Positions 1 to 9,167 of a DNA stretch of 64,000 bases are shown here, one piece after another (positions within the stretch are counted from its first letter, which is position 1; each line of letters begins with the position of its first letter). A program made the translations under genes and the position numbers. Origin of the DNA: Patescibacteria group bacterium (GTDB taxonomy: Bacteria; Patescibacteriota; Patescibacteriia; CAIXNZ01). Under the pieces are notes generated by a model. It was given only the letters and a program-made list of their open reading frames with translations, was not told where the DNA came from and did not search any database. The stretch is from assembly GCA_028714455.1 (NCBI GenBank), contig JAQTMG010000002.1, positions 38,047 to 102,046 on the forward strand, written 5' to 3'.

Positions 1-138
1 GCGGATTTTCGCCGGAGGAAATTAATTTGGCCTTGAGAAATAGTTTGGTTTCGGTAAGTTTGGGTAAAAGAATTTTAAGAGCTGAAACCGCGGCTATAGT
101 AAGTTGTGGAATAATCGGGAATTTTTATTATTAATTTT

Positions 139-693
139 TTGTGTATGAGATTTACGATAGGAGATTTTGACTCGTTAATTTCAAAAGATAAAATAAAAAT
201 TAGAAAAGTTGACGATAAACTTAAAAGTTTAATTAAAGAAATCTCTAAAGGATTAGATTATTTTTACGGTGTATATAAATATAAGAATCGATATTCTGGA
301 TTTTTTTCGAAGACTAGGGATAGAAAAATATTTTTTAATCTCCAAATTAACAGTGAGGACTTGAGTTTAGAGTTTCAAGTTGAAAGTAAGCCATTAATTT
401 TGAAATTTATAAAAAATGTAAAGATAGAAACAATAAAAAATCTTAAAGAAATAGGAGACTGCGAGATTGTCGTTTGGGATAATGGCAAAAAAGTAATTAA
501 ATTATATCCGGAATACCTAGATGATTTAACAATAAAATTTTTGATAAATAAAATTAAAACAACAAAAAATCCGATTATTAAGATTAGAAAGATTTATTCA
601 AGAGAAAATCAAGTCTTGAGATCAGATAAATTAGCAGATAGTATTTTGAAAGATATAAAGCAAATGGAAGATTTTTATAGTAAAATGTTTTAA
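139..693 (+). CDS. hypothetical protein (Lys/Ile-rich, no recognisable motif)
   Basis: Intact 184-aa ORF in an AT-rich context; no signature seen. Confidence 0.4.
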   Translation: MCMRFTIGDFDSLISKDKIKIRKVDDKLKSLIKEISKGLDYFYGVYKYKNRYSGFFSKTRDRKIFFNLQINSEDLSLEFQVESKPLILKFIKNVKIETIKNLKEIGDCEIVVWDNGKKVIKLYPEYLDDLTIKFLINKIKTTKNPIIKIRKIYSRENQVLRSDKLADSILKDIKQMEDFYSKMF

Positions 694-735
694 ACGACTA
701 TTCGTATATTAGTAATTATTCGTAATTCGTATCAC

Positions 736-990
736 ATGCATGATTTACACGAGGCGGATAAAATTTTAAAAGTAATTTTAGATTACGGCCAAAAGAATAA
801 TTTAAGAAAAATTACAAAAGCAGTGATTGATTTAGGCAGTATGGTTGAACACGGAGAAGAGCTTTTACCAGCTAATGTTGAATTTAATATCAAAATGCTG
901 GCGCAGGGCACGATTGCCGAAAATTTGGAAACTATTATAAACAAAACTCATGGCGATAGCTGGGTTCTGAAAGAGATAGAAGGGGAATAG
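736..990 (+). CDS. small protein resembling the HypA N-terminal (MHE) domain but lacking the C-terminal Cys4 zinc finger
   Basis: Starts MHDLHEADKIL, then an AVIDLGSM...VEFNIKMLAQGTIAE pattern like the HypA metallochaperone N-domain; no Cys present. Confidence 0.3.
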   Translation: MHDLHEADKILKVILDYGQKNNLRKITKAVIDLGSMVEHGEELLPANVEFNIKMLAQGTIAENLETIINKTHGDSWVLKEIEGE

Positions 991-1084
991 GTGATAAATT
1001 CCAAAACACAAATTCCAAATTCCAAAAAATTTGATTGCGAATTATTTGATATAATTATTATTTAATTTTTGCTATAATTAATAT

Positions 1085-2278
1085 ATGCAATTAAAAAGCA
1101 TTGAACAGATTAAAAACCTTAAAAATAAACGCGTTTTAGTGCGCGTTGATTATAATGTTGACATTGAAAAGGGAAAAGTAACTGAACCAGAAAGAATTAT
1201 CCGAAGTTTTCCGACAATAAATTTTTTAGTGAAAAATAAGGCCAAGGTGATTTTAATGTCGCACCTGGGTCGGCCTGATGGCAAGAAGAATTTAAAGTAC
1301 ACCTTAAAACCGGTTGCGATTTTTTTGGATCATCAGACGAAAAAGCCTGTCCATTTTGCCCACGACTGCATAGGTAATAGTGTTAAGGAGAGGATAGATA
1401 AAATGTTGCCCGGGCAAATTTTGCTTTTAGAAAATTTACGATTTTATAGCGGGGAAGAAAAAAATGACGCAAAATTTGCCCGCGAACTCGCTTCACTGGC
1501 TGACATTTACGTCAATGACGCTTTTGCGGTTTGTCACCGAGCCCACGCCTCGGTTGCGGCGATTACAAAATATTTGCCCTCTTACGCCGGCTATAATTTA
1601 ATTGATGAGGTGGAAAATTTGAGTAAAGTTCTCAAAGGGTATAACAGGCCGGCCGTAGCCGTGATTGGCGGCGTCAAGATTTCCACCAAAATTAAAGTCT
1701 TGGAGAATTTTTTGAAAAATTACGACAAAGTGTTAATTGGTGGCGCTCTGGCCAATAATTTTTTCGCCGCGCTCAAATATAAAATTGGCAGATCGGTTTA
1801 TGAACCGGATTACGTTAATTTTTCCAAGAGCTTGCTGGATAGATACAAGGGGAAGATAGTTTTGCCCCAGGATTTAATTATAACCAGTAAATTAGATAAA
1901 AATAGCAAAACAGAAAAAGTCAAAGTGTCAGAATTAAATAAATTGAAGAAAAAGAATTTTATAATCGCTGACATCGGCAATAGAACGGAACTTTATTTCG
2001 AGAGTTTCATTAAATCAGCCGAAACTTTTGTCTGGAATGGCGCCATGGGCGTTTTTGAAATTCCGCAATTTTCCCACGGCAGTGATTATTTGGCCAAGAT
2101 TATGGCCATGCAGGCGAGAGGCGATGCTTTTGGTGTGGTCGGCGGAGGTGAAACAATCATGTTAATTAAAAGAAATCATCTGGAATCCTGGTTTGATTTT
2201 GTTTCCACTGGCGGGGGAGCAATGCTGGAGTTTCTGGAAGGGAAGGTGCTTCCTGGTATTAAACCCCTGCTAAAATAA
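1085..2278 (+). CDS. pgk: phosphoglycerate kinase
   Basis: N-terminal KRVLVRVDYNVD, the MSHLGRP motif and GGGA near the C-terminus are typical of Pgk; 397 aa. Confidence 0.93.
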   Translation: MQLKSIEQIKNLKNKRVLVRVDYNVDIEKGKVTEPERIIRSFPTINFLVKNKAKVILMSHLGRPDGKKNLKYTLKPVAIFLDHQTKKPVHFAHDCIGNSVKERIDKMLPGQILLLENLRFYSGEEKNDAKFARELASLADIYVNDAFAVCHRAHASVAAITKYLPSYAGYNLIDEVENLSKVLKGYNRPAVAVIGGVKISTKIKVLENFLKNYDKVLIGGALANNFFAALKYKIGRSVYEPDYVNFSKSLLDRYKGKIVLPQDLIITSKLDKNSKTEKVKVSELNKLKKKNFIIADIGNRTELYFESFIKSAETFVWNGAMGVFEIPQFSHGSDYLAKIMAMQARGDAFGVVGGGETIMLIKRNHLESWFDFVSTGGGAMLEFLEGKVLPGIKPLLK

Positions 2279-2319
2279 GAGATGCGGAACCACTAATTTA
2301 TTTTCACTAATAACACGAA

Positions 2320-2694
2320 TTGATGGGGGAAATATTTTATAAAGATTTAAGTTACAGAATAATTGGATTAGTTTTTGAGGTATTTAATAATTTAGGATTT
2401 GGTTACAGAGAAAAGTATTATCAGCGGGCATTAGCTGAAGAATTAAAGAATTCAAAAATTAATTATAAAAAGGAGGTTCCCGTAAGACTTTTTTATAAAA
2501 ATAGATTGATTGGCAAATATATTATTGATTTCGTTATTGAAGATAAAATAATACTTGAAATTAAGATAGCGAAAGAATTTTACACTAAAGATATTAAACA
2601 GCTACTCGGATATCTTAAAGCGAAAAATTTAAAATTAGGGATGTTGATAATATTTACCAAAGATGGAATAAAATATCGAAGAATTGTCAATTGA
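2320..2694 (+). CDS. GxxExxY family protein (PD-(D/E)XK-like)
   Basis: GLVFEVFNNLGFGYREKYYQRAL is the hallmark N-terminal GxxExxY motif; 124 aa. Confidence 0.8.
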   Translation: MMGEIFYKDLSYRIIGLVFEVFNNLGFGYREKYYQRALAEELKNSKINYKKEVPVRLFYKNRLIGKYIIDFVIEDKIILEIKIAKEFYTKDIKQLLGYLKAKNLKLGMLIIFTKDGIKYRRIVN

Positions 2695-2746
2695 TGAGTA
2701 TATTAGTGTTATTCGTGATCTTGATTTGTGATCCATCAAACAATTT

Positions 2747-2971
2747 ATGGGCACAAGAAATTTAAAGGATCTCGAAAATATCGAAAAACATTTAGATCAC
2801 ATCAAGTCATTGTTAAATCCAGAAGATTCACCATATATTTGCGATACGATTGTTACAAATATTGGAGATGAGATGCTCGTTGATTTGATAATGGATATGC
2901 TGATTAATATGGGTTATAAGAATAAAATGATTTTAAAAGTAGCGAAAATAATAAAACAAATACAAGCTTAA
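2747..2971 (+). CDS. hypothetical small protein
   Basis: 74-aa ORF, no motif. Confidence 0.3.
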   Translation: MGTRNLKDLENIEKHLDHIKSLLNPEDSPYICDTIVTNIGDEMLVDLIMDMLINMGYKNKMILKVAKIIKQIQA

Positions 2972-3000
2972 TATTAAATTAAATAATTAATTAAAAAATT

Positions 3001-3777
3001 ATGAACACATGTTGCGTTAAATTTAAAGAGAATCCGGTTCTCTTTATCTTAATCACTGTTCTTCTAATTTGCGTGATCGCGGTTTTGATTTTTTGGGCCA
3101 TGAATCTGTACAAACAGAATTATTACATTGGCAAAAACCCCCAGATTGATCGCACCATTACAATCATGGGAGAGGGTAAGGTGACGGCGATTCCTGACAT
3201 AGCTAATGTCACGCTGGGAATGCAAAATACCAACCTAAATATTCAGGTTGCCCAGAAGAAAAATTCAGATACCATGAATGCTCTTATCGCGCAGTTGACC
3301 GCGCTTGGCATATCAAAAGATGATATTCAGACGACAAATTACAATATCTATCCGCAGTATGATTATTCAAGCTCCAGACAAACCTTAACCGGTTATACTG
3401 TCTCTCAAGATGTGACAGTTAAAATCAGACAAACTGATAAAGTTGACCAGGTTTTGAAAATCGCCGGCGATTTGAAGCTTAATCAAGTTGGTGGTTTGTC
3501 TTTTGCCATTGATAATCCCGAAACATACAGACAACAAGCCAGAATTTTGGCCCTGCAAAATGCCAAGGACAAGGCCGAAGCGCTTGCCAAAATTATGGGC
3601 GTGAATTTGGGTAAGGTAATTTCATTTGCAGAAAGTTCAAATGGCGTTACTCCTTATCCGATGATGGTTAGCGATAAAGCAGTTTCCGGAATTGGCGGAG
3701 GCGGGACAGCGCCGTCTGTTTCAGTTGGCAGCCAGGATATCATCATAGACGCTTCAATAGTTTACGAGTTAAATTAA
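3001..3777 (+). CDS. SIMPL-domain (DUF541/YggE-like) secreted protein
   Basis: N-terminal TM helix; TITIMGEGKVTAIPDIANVTLGM and a DVTVKIRQ pattern typical of DUF541. Confidence 0.7.
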   Translation: MNTCCVKFKENPVLFILITVLLICVIAVLIFWAMNLYKQNYYIGKNPQIDRTITIMGEGKVTAIPDIANVTLGMQNTNLNIQVAQKKNSDTMNALIAQLTALGISKDDIQTTNYNIYPQYDYSSSRQTLTGYTVSQDVTVKIRQTDKVDQVLKIAGDLKLNQVGGLSFAIDNPETYRQQARILALQNAKDKAEALAKIMGVNLGKVISFAESSNGVTPYPMMVSDKAVSGIGGGGTAPSVSVGSQDIIIDASIVYELN

Positions 3778-3782
3778 ACTGA

Positions 3783-5042
3783 ATGTTTAATAACAAAAGA
3801 ATAAAAAAAATTGAGGCACTGGAAATTTTGGATTCACGCGGCAATCCGACTCTTGAAGTTAAAGTTATTTTGAAAAATGGCTTGACAGGCACGGCCATGG
3901 TGCCTTCGGGCGCTTCAAAGGGCAGTCATGAGGCGATAGAATTGCGCGACAATGATAAGAAACGATATGGCGGTCAGGGCGTGCTAAAAGCGATCAAGCA
4001 CGTGAATGTCGAACTTAACGCTTTATTGAAAAATACTGACGTGACTGATCAACAAGATATTGACCGCCTGATGATTCATCTGGATGATACGGAGAATAAG
4101 GCAAATATCGGCGCTAACGCCATGCTTGGCGTTTCTCTGGCCTGTGCCAAGGCAGGTGCCAATTCAGAAAATATGCCGCTTTATAAATATCTGCGACACG
4201 TTTATAAAATCCATTACAAATCATTTCATTTACCCAGACCAATGATGAATGTGCTTAATGGCGGTAAGCACGCTGATTGGGCGACTGATGTTCAGGAATT
4301 CATGATTATACTCAAGGCCAATTCAATGGCCAAGAGGGTTCAGATCGGCAGCGAGATATTTCATTCTCTGGCTGGTATTCTCAAGGAGAAGGGGTATGAA
4401 AATTTAGTGGGTGACGAGGGCGGCTTTGCTCCCAAATTGAAAAAGAATGAGATGGCTTTGGATTTTTTGGTCGCGGCTATAAAGAAAGCAGGATATAAAC
4501 TGGGCAAGGAAGTTGATCTGGGCATTGATTGCGCGGCCTCTGAATTTTACACGCCGTCAAAAAAAATCTATAAGTTGAATGGCAAAAAGTTTACCTCAAC
4601 CCGACTCGTTAATTTGTATAGAAAATGGGTCAAGAAATATAAACTGATTTCGATCGAAGACGGACTTGCCGAAGATGATTGGCAATCGTGGCGAGTGCTC
4701 ACAAAAAAGCTGGGCGGAAAATGTATGTTAATCGGTGATGACCTTTTTGTGACAGACAGCGAGCGTCTGCAAAAGGGGATTAATATTCAGGCCGCCAACG
4801 CAATTTTGATAAAGCCGAACCAGATCGGTACCCTGACCGAGACAGTCGCGACTATTTACACCGCCAAGATGAATAATTATAAAGTTATTATTTCTCACCG
4901 AAGCGGCGAGACCTGCGACAGTTTTATTTCGGATTTAGCCGTGGCAGTTAATGCTGAATTTATAAAGGCGGGTTCATTGAGCCGAGGAGAAAGGGTAGCG
5001 AAATATAACCGGCTTTTGGAAATCGAGAAAGAATTAGCTTAA
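3783..5042 (+). CDS. eno: enolase
   Basis: ALEILDSRGNPTLEV, SGASKG..EA.ELRD and the IKPNQIGTLTET signature. Confidence 0.95.
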   Translation: MFNNKRIKKIEALEILDSRGNPTLEVKVILKNGLTGTAMVPSGASKGSHEAIELRDNDKKRYGGQGVLKAIKHVNVELNALLKNTDVTDQQDIDRLMIHLDDTENKANIGANAMLGVSLACAKAGANSENMPLYKYLRHVYKIHYKSFHLPRPMMNVLNGGKHADWATDVQEFMIILKANSMAKRVQIGSEIFHSLAGILKEKGYENLVGDEGGFAPKLKKNEMALDFLVAAIKKAGYKLGKEVDLGIDCAASEFYTPSKKIYKLNGKKFTSTRLVNLYRKWVKKYKLISIEDGLAEDDWQSWRVLTKKLGGKCMLIGDDLFVTDSERLQKGINIQAANAILIKPNQIGTLTETVATIYTAKMNNYKVIISHRSGETCDSFISDLAVAVNAEFIKAGSLSRGERVAKYNRLLEIEKELA

Positions 5043-5088
5043 TCAAATAGTAAAAAAGTCTGCCGTAAAAGCGGGCTTTTTTATTTAC

Positions 5089-5175
5089 GCCCATTGTCAT
5101 TCCGAATGTAATGAGGAATCTATAACATGTAGTGGATTCTTCGCTCCGCTCTGAATGACGGAGAGGGCAATGGGC
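5089..5175. repeat. palindromic repeat element family A, copy 1 (core GTCATTCCGAATGTAATGAGGAATCT ... GATTCTTCGCTCCGCTCTGAATGAC with variable outer stem GCCCATTG/CAATGGGC)
   Basis: Near-identical cores at 24041-24129 and 48335-48420; long imperfect hairpin. Confidence 0.8.
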
Positions 5176-5183
5176 TTGTCCTG

Positions 5184-5212
5184 TTGACAAAATCATATTT
5201 TTGCCCTATACT
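5184..5212 (+). promoter_or_regulatory. sigma70-like promoter TTGACAAAA-N17-TATACT
   Basis: TTGACA at 5184, TATACT at 5207, spacer 17; upstream of the 63-aa ORF. Confidence 0.55.
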
Positions 5213-5387
5213 GTAAAATCATGAACCTTAAAAATATCTCTTGAAAAAGGACAAGGGATTAGAAATATTGACCTCCGGTTATTGTTATTCCCAAACCCAA
5301 GTCGCCAAAAAAAAGAAGAGGCGAGAAAAGAAAGATGGGGAACGGGAACAATAACTCAAACCGGCATTAATTTGCCAAGGAGGTCTC

Positions 5388-5579
5388 ATGCTGAGATATT
5401 CCAAGCTAAGCAAAGAGGAGCTTAGGGAGTTGAAGGCTAAGTCGATGTCAGAAGAGGATGTAAAGAGAATGCGCAAACTTGATGAAGAGACTAGCTGGAT
5501 CCTTTCTATGCATCAAATCAGTGAAGTACACGGCGAAGAACGAGCGTCCGGTAAAGCGAAGCTAAAACGCAAGAGATAA
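5388..5579 (+). CDS. small highly charged hypothetical protein (63 aa)
   Basis: Strong SD (CCAAGGAGGTCTCATG), own promoter and terminator; ~180 nt structured leader. Confidence 0.45.
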   Translation: MLRYSKLSKEELRELKAKSMSEEDVKRMRKLDEETSWILSMHQISEVHGEERASGKAKLKRKR

Positions 5580-5592
5580 CTTTTGCGCTCAA

Positions 5593-5625
5593 GGCCTGCT
5601 GTAAAAAGCGGGCCTTTTTTATTTG
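5593..5625 (+). terminator. intrinsic terminator hairpin GGCCTGCTGTAAAAAGCGGGCC + T-run
   Basis: Stem-loop followed by TTTTTTATTT; near-identical 30-mer also at 5058-5088 after eno. Confidence 0.6.
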
Positions 5626-5865
5626 TGAAAATAGGAACTGTAGGAACTACAGGAGCTAAGGGTAGAAAAGGGCTATAAGAGCTGTATGAACTAAAGGCCA
5701 AAATGAGCTAAATGTTGATAGGTTAACAGGTCCTTTTGAACCTTTTAACCTATAGTTCCTATTATCATATAGCTCCCTTTTTCTTTTGGTTCCTATAGTT
5801 CCTATTACCCCTATTTCCATATAGTTCTTTTAGCTCATATAATCAAATGGGTTATTTGAAAATAT
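5625..5865. repeat. array of ~9-10 bp TAGGAACTA / TATAGCTCC motifs arranged as a long imperfect palindrome
   Basis: Left arm ATAGGAACTGTAGGAACTACAGGAGCT...; right arm CCTATAGTTCCTAT...GGTTCCTATAGTTCCTAT; central IR GATAGGTTAA/TTAACCTATAG; same motif vocabulary at 58890-58965. Confidence 0.6.
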
Positions 5866-5892
5866 GGGCAATTTGAGGTAAAATAAATACAT

Positions 5893-7464
5893 ATGAATAA
5901 GACAGAAAAAGTAAAAAATCTGCCTTTTGTTTTGGTTATTTTGGACGGCTGGGGTATTGCGCCAGCCAGCCCAAGTAATTCTATTTCCTTGGCTAAAAAG
6001 CCCAACGTGGACTATTTTTTGAAGCACTACCCAAATACGCAGCTCATCGCTTCGGGAGAAAAAGTCGGTCTTAAGAAAAATGAAGATGGAAATTCAGAAG
6101 CTGGGCATATGAATATCGGTGCTGGCAGAATTGTGAAGCAAGATCAGATCATGATTTCGGCAATGATAAAAAATAAAAGTTTCTTCAAAAATCCTGCTTT
6201 ACTTGAAGCGGTTAAGCATGCCCGCAAATTCAAATCAAACATTCATATAATGGGGCTTTTATCAAATGGCGAAAGCGCCCATTCTGATCCGGAACATCTT
6301 TTTGCGCTCCTGGAATTTTTACACAAACAAAAATTTCACAAGATTTATTTGCACATTTTTACTGACGGCCGCGATTCGCCGCCGCATGCGGCTGCGCGCC
6401 TGATGAACAAGCTGATTAATAATTTTAAAAATAGCGAGACCATTTCCACTGTCATGGGCCGATTTTACGCCATGGATCGCATTAAAAAATGGAATAGGAC
6501 AGAAGCAGCTTATAACGCCATGGTCATGGGTGACGGTTTGGTTTCTGATAATCCTTATAAAGCAGTTTCCGAAGCCTATAATCGTGGTGAGACAGATGAA
6601 TTCATTATTCCCACAATAATCAGAAATCCGAAAAAGAACCCGAAATTTATTAGTAATAATGATTCGGTTATATTTTTCAACCTGCGGTCTGATCGAGCGC
6701 GCCAAATCACCAAGCCATTTGTCCAGAAAAATTTTGAGAATGAAAATCCGGGCGCTTTCAAAAGGCATAAAGTTTTAAAAAATCTTAAATTCGTGGCGCT
6801 AACTAATTTCGGGCCAGACCTCGATGATATAAAAAATGTTTATGAGGGCCAGGAACTTGTTAATACTTTACCTTTCGCGCTAAAAGATATTAGGCAGGAA
6901 TACCTGGCCGAGCGCGAAAAATACGCACACGTAACTTACTTTTTTAATGGCGGCCATAATAGGCCTGTTAATGGCGAAATTTGGAGGCAAGTAAAATCAG
7001 AAGGCGCTCAAAATTACGAGACCTTTCCACAGATGTCAATTGTGACTTTGACTGATATAGTTTGCCAGGATGTTAAATCAAATGATTTTGATTTTATTAC
7101 AGTAAATTTTGCCAACGCCGACATGCTTGGTCATACTGGTAATATTGCGGCAGCTATTAAGGCGGTTGAATATATTGACAGTTGCTTGGGAAAAATTTAT
7201 AAAGCTTTAGAGAAAAAGAAAGGCACGCTAATGATTACGGCTGATCATGGCAATGCCGAAGAGATGATGAATATTAAAACACACGAGAAAGATACGGAAC
7301 ATAGTACAAATCCCGTGCCGCTGATAATTATTCATCCAGGTTTAACCAAGAAAAAATTAAAATTAAGAAAAGGTATATTGGGTGATGTGGCGCCAACAAT
7401 TTTGGCGTTGATGGGCCTAAAAGAGCCAAAGGAAATGACCGGGCGATCGCTGATTGTTAGTTGA
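5893..7464 (+). CDS. gpmI: 2,3-bisphosphoglycerate-independent phosphoglycerate mutase
   Basis: VLVILDGWGIAP, GNSEAGHMNIGAGR (catalytic Ser), ITADHGNAEEM. Confidence 0.9.
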   Translation: MNKTEKVKNLPFVLVILDGWGIAPASPSNSISLAKKPNVDYFLKHYPNTQLIASGEKVGLKKNEDGNSEAGHMNIGAGRIVKQDQIMISAMIKNKSFFKNPALLEAVKHARKFKSNIHIMGLLSNGESAHSDPEHLFALLEFLHKQKFHKIYLHIFTDGRDSPPHAAARLMNKLINNFKNSETISTVMGRFYAMDRIKKWNRTEAAYNAMVMGDGLVSDNPYKAVSEAYNRGETDEFIIPTIIRNPKKNPKFISNNDSVIFFNLRSDRARQITKPFVQKNFENENPGAFKRHKVLKNLKFVALTNFGPDLDDIKNVYEGQELVNTLPFALKDIRQEYLAEREKYAHVTYFFNGGHNRPVNGEIWRQVKSEGAQNYETFPQMSIVTLTDIVCQDVKSNDFDFITVNFANADMLGHTGNIAAAIKAVEYIDSCLGKIYKALEKKKGTLMITADHGNAEEMMNIKTHEKDTEHSTNPVPLIIIHPGLTKKKLKLRKGILGDVAPTILALMGLKEPKEMTGRSLIVS

Positions 7465-7541
7465 TTAGTTTATTGGTTTAATGGTAAAATTCGGACCAAT
7501 TTCCTAATTAACAAATAAACCAGTAAACAATTCGTTAAATT

Positions 7542-9131
7542 ATGACTAAACTAAAAAATAAACCCGTAGCGCTCTTAATACTTGATGGTTTTGGCATTGC
7601 GCCGCCAGCTCCGGGCAACGCCATTAGCCAGGCCAAAAAACCAAATATTGATAAATACATAGCCACCTATCCTTCAATGGCGCTGGTTGCTTCTGGCGAT
7701 TCGGTCGGTCTTTCCTGGGGGGAGATGGGCACTTCAGAAATCGGTCATCAAAATATAGGTTCAGGCATGATTGTCTATCAGTGGTTGCCCAGAATCAATA
7801 AAGCGATTTCTGACGGCACGTTTTTAAAAAACGAAGCATTTTTAAAAGCCGCGGCGCACGTTAAGAAAAATAAATCAAAGCTGCACCTCTTCGGCTTGGT
7901 CTCATCGGGCGGAGTTCATTCGCACATTGATCATTTATATTCTTTACTGCAATTTGCCAGCCGGCAAAAAATAAATGAAGTTTACATTCACGTGATTCTC
8001 GACGGCCGTGATAGCATTTACAACACGGGCAAAGGTTTTGTTGAAGAACTGTTAAATAAAATTAAAGAATTAAGAGTTAACGCGAAAATCGCCGACATAT
8101 CAGGCCGTTTTTACGCCATGGACCGCGATAATCATTGGGAAAGAACCGAAAAAGCCTTTAACGCCATGGTTAAGGGGGAGAGCGATGAAAAATTTGAAGA
8201 TCCGATTAAAGCCGTAGAGAGTTCTTACAAAAAAAAGGTTTACGATGAAGAATTTGTGCCGGCGGTAATTACAAAAAAAGGCAAACCAGTCGGTTTGATT
8301 GAAGATAAAGACGCCGTGATTTTTTTCAATTTCCGCGCCGATCGAGCCAGACAGATTTCCGAGGCGTTTATACTGCCGGAATTTGATAAATTTCCTCGTC
8401 CTGATTTTTCCAAATTGTTTTTTGTGGGCATGACGCAATACGATAAAGATTTACCACTTGACGCCTTTGCTTTCGCGCCGATTGAAATAAAAAAACCTTT
8501 GGCTAAAATTTTGAGCGACGCGGGTCTGAAGCAGTTGCATATAGCTGAAACAGAAAAATACGCTCACGTGACCTATTTTTTCAATGGCGGCGTGGAAGAG
8601 CCATTTCCTGGCGAGGATCGCATTGTTATTCCTTCGCCGCGCGTGCCCTCTTTTGATCAAAAACCCGAGATGTCCGCTTATAAAGTTACGGACGAAATCG
8701 TGAAAGCTGTTTCAGAAAACAAATATGATTTTATCGTGGCCAATTTTGCCAATACCGATATTGTGGCCCACACCGGTAACCTGAAAGCGACAATTGAGGC
8801 CGCCGAAGTGGTTGATAAATGCGTGGGCAAAATAATAAATTTGATTTTAAGCAAAAACGGCGTTGTTTTTTTGACTGCCGATCACGGCAATGGCGAAGAA
8901 TTACAAAACATCAAAACAGGGGAAATGGATAAGGAACACAGTACTAATCCCGTGCCGTTTATAATCATTGGTCATCAGTGGGAAGGCAAAAACCTTGGCC
9001 TGCCAGACAGCGTAGGCGGCGATTTAAGCTTAGTTACGCCTTCCGGTGTCTTAGCCGATGTAGCGCCCACGATTTTGAAGGTAATGGGCTTTAAACCCTC
9101 GAGTGAAATGACAGGAACGCCATTGATTTAG
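7542..9131 (+). CDS. gpmI: 2,3-bisphosphoglycerate-independent phosphoglycerate mutase, divergent tandem paralog
   Basis: LLILDGFGIAP, GTSEIGHQNIGSG, LTADHGNGEEL; roughly 40% identical by eye to the upstream copy. Confidence 0.88.
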   Translation: MTKLKNKPVALLILDGFGIAPPAPGNAISQAKKPNIDKYIATYPSMALVASGDSVGLSWGEMGTSEIGHQNIGSGMIVYQWLPRINKAISDGTFLKNEAFLKAAAHVKKNKSKLHLFGLVSSGGVHSHIDHLYSLLQFASRQKINEVYIHVILDGRDSIYNTGKGFVEELLNKIKELRVNAKIADISGRFYAMDRDNHWERTEKAFNAMVKGESDEKFEDPIKAVESSYKKKVYDEEFVPAVITKKGKPVGLIEDKDAVIFFNFRADRARQISEAFILPEFDKFPRPDFSKLFFVGMTQYDKDLPLDAFAFAPIEIKKPLAKILSDAGLKQLHIAETEKYAHVTYFFNGGVEEPFPGEDRIVIPSPRVPSFDQKPEMSAYKVTDEIVKAVSENKYDFIVANFANTDIVAHTGNLKATIEAAEVVDKCVGKIINLILSKNGVVFLTADHGNGEELQNIKTGEMDKEHSTNPVPFIIIGHQWEGKNLGLPDSVGGDLSLVTPSGVLADVAPTILKVMGFKPSSEMTGTPLI

Positions 9132-9165
9132 AAATAGGAAATATGAAATACGAAATACGGAAAAG
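9131..9165. repeat. heptamer tandem repeat (GAAATAN)x5, left inverted repeat of the four-helix-bundle gene
   Basis: GAAATAG GAAATAT GAAATAC GAAATAC GGAAAAG; reverse-complement array at 9551-9578. Confidence 0.7.
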
Positions 9166-9167
9166 GT

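Noticed and set aside
4960-5196. Minus-strand 78-aa ORF (and the similar 48201-48386 ORF) containing LITFGMT
   Set aside because: Both are translations of palindromic element family A; the shared peptide reflects shared repeat DNA.
5625-5865. CRISPR array
   Set aside because: The repeats are 9-10 bp, degenerate, arranged as an inverted structure and not separated by unique spacers of regular length.
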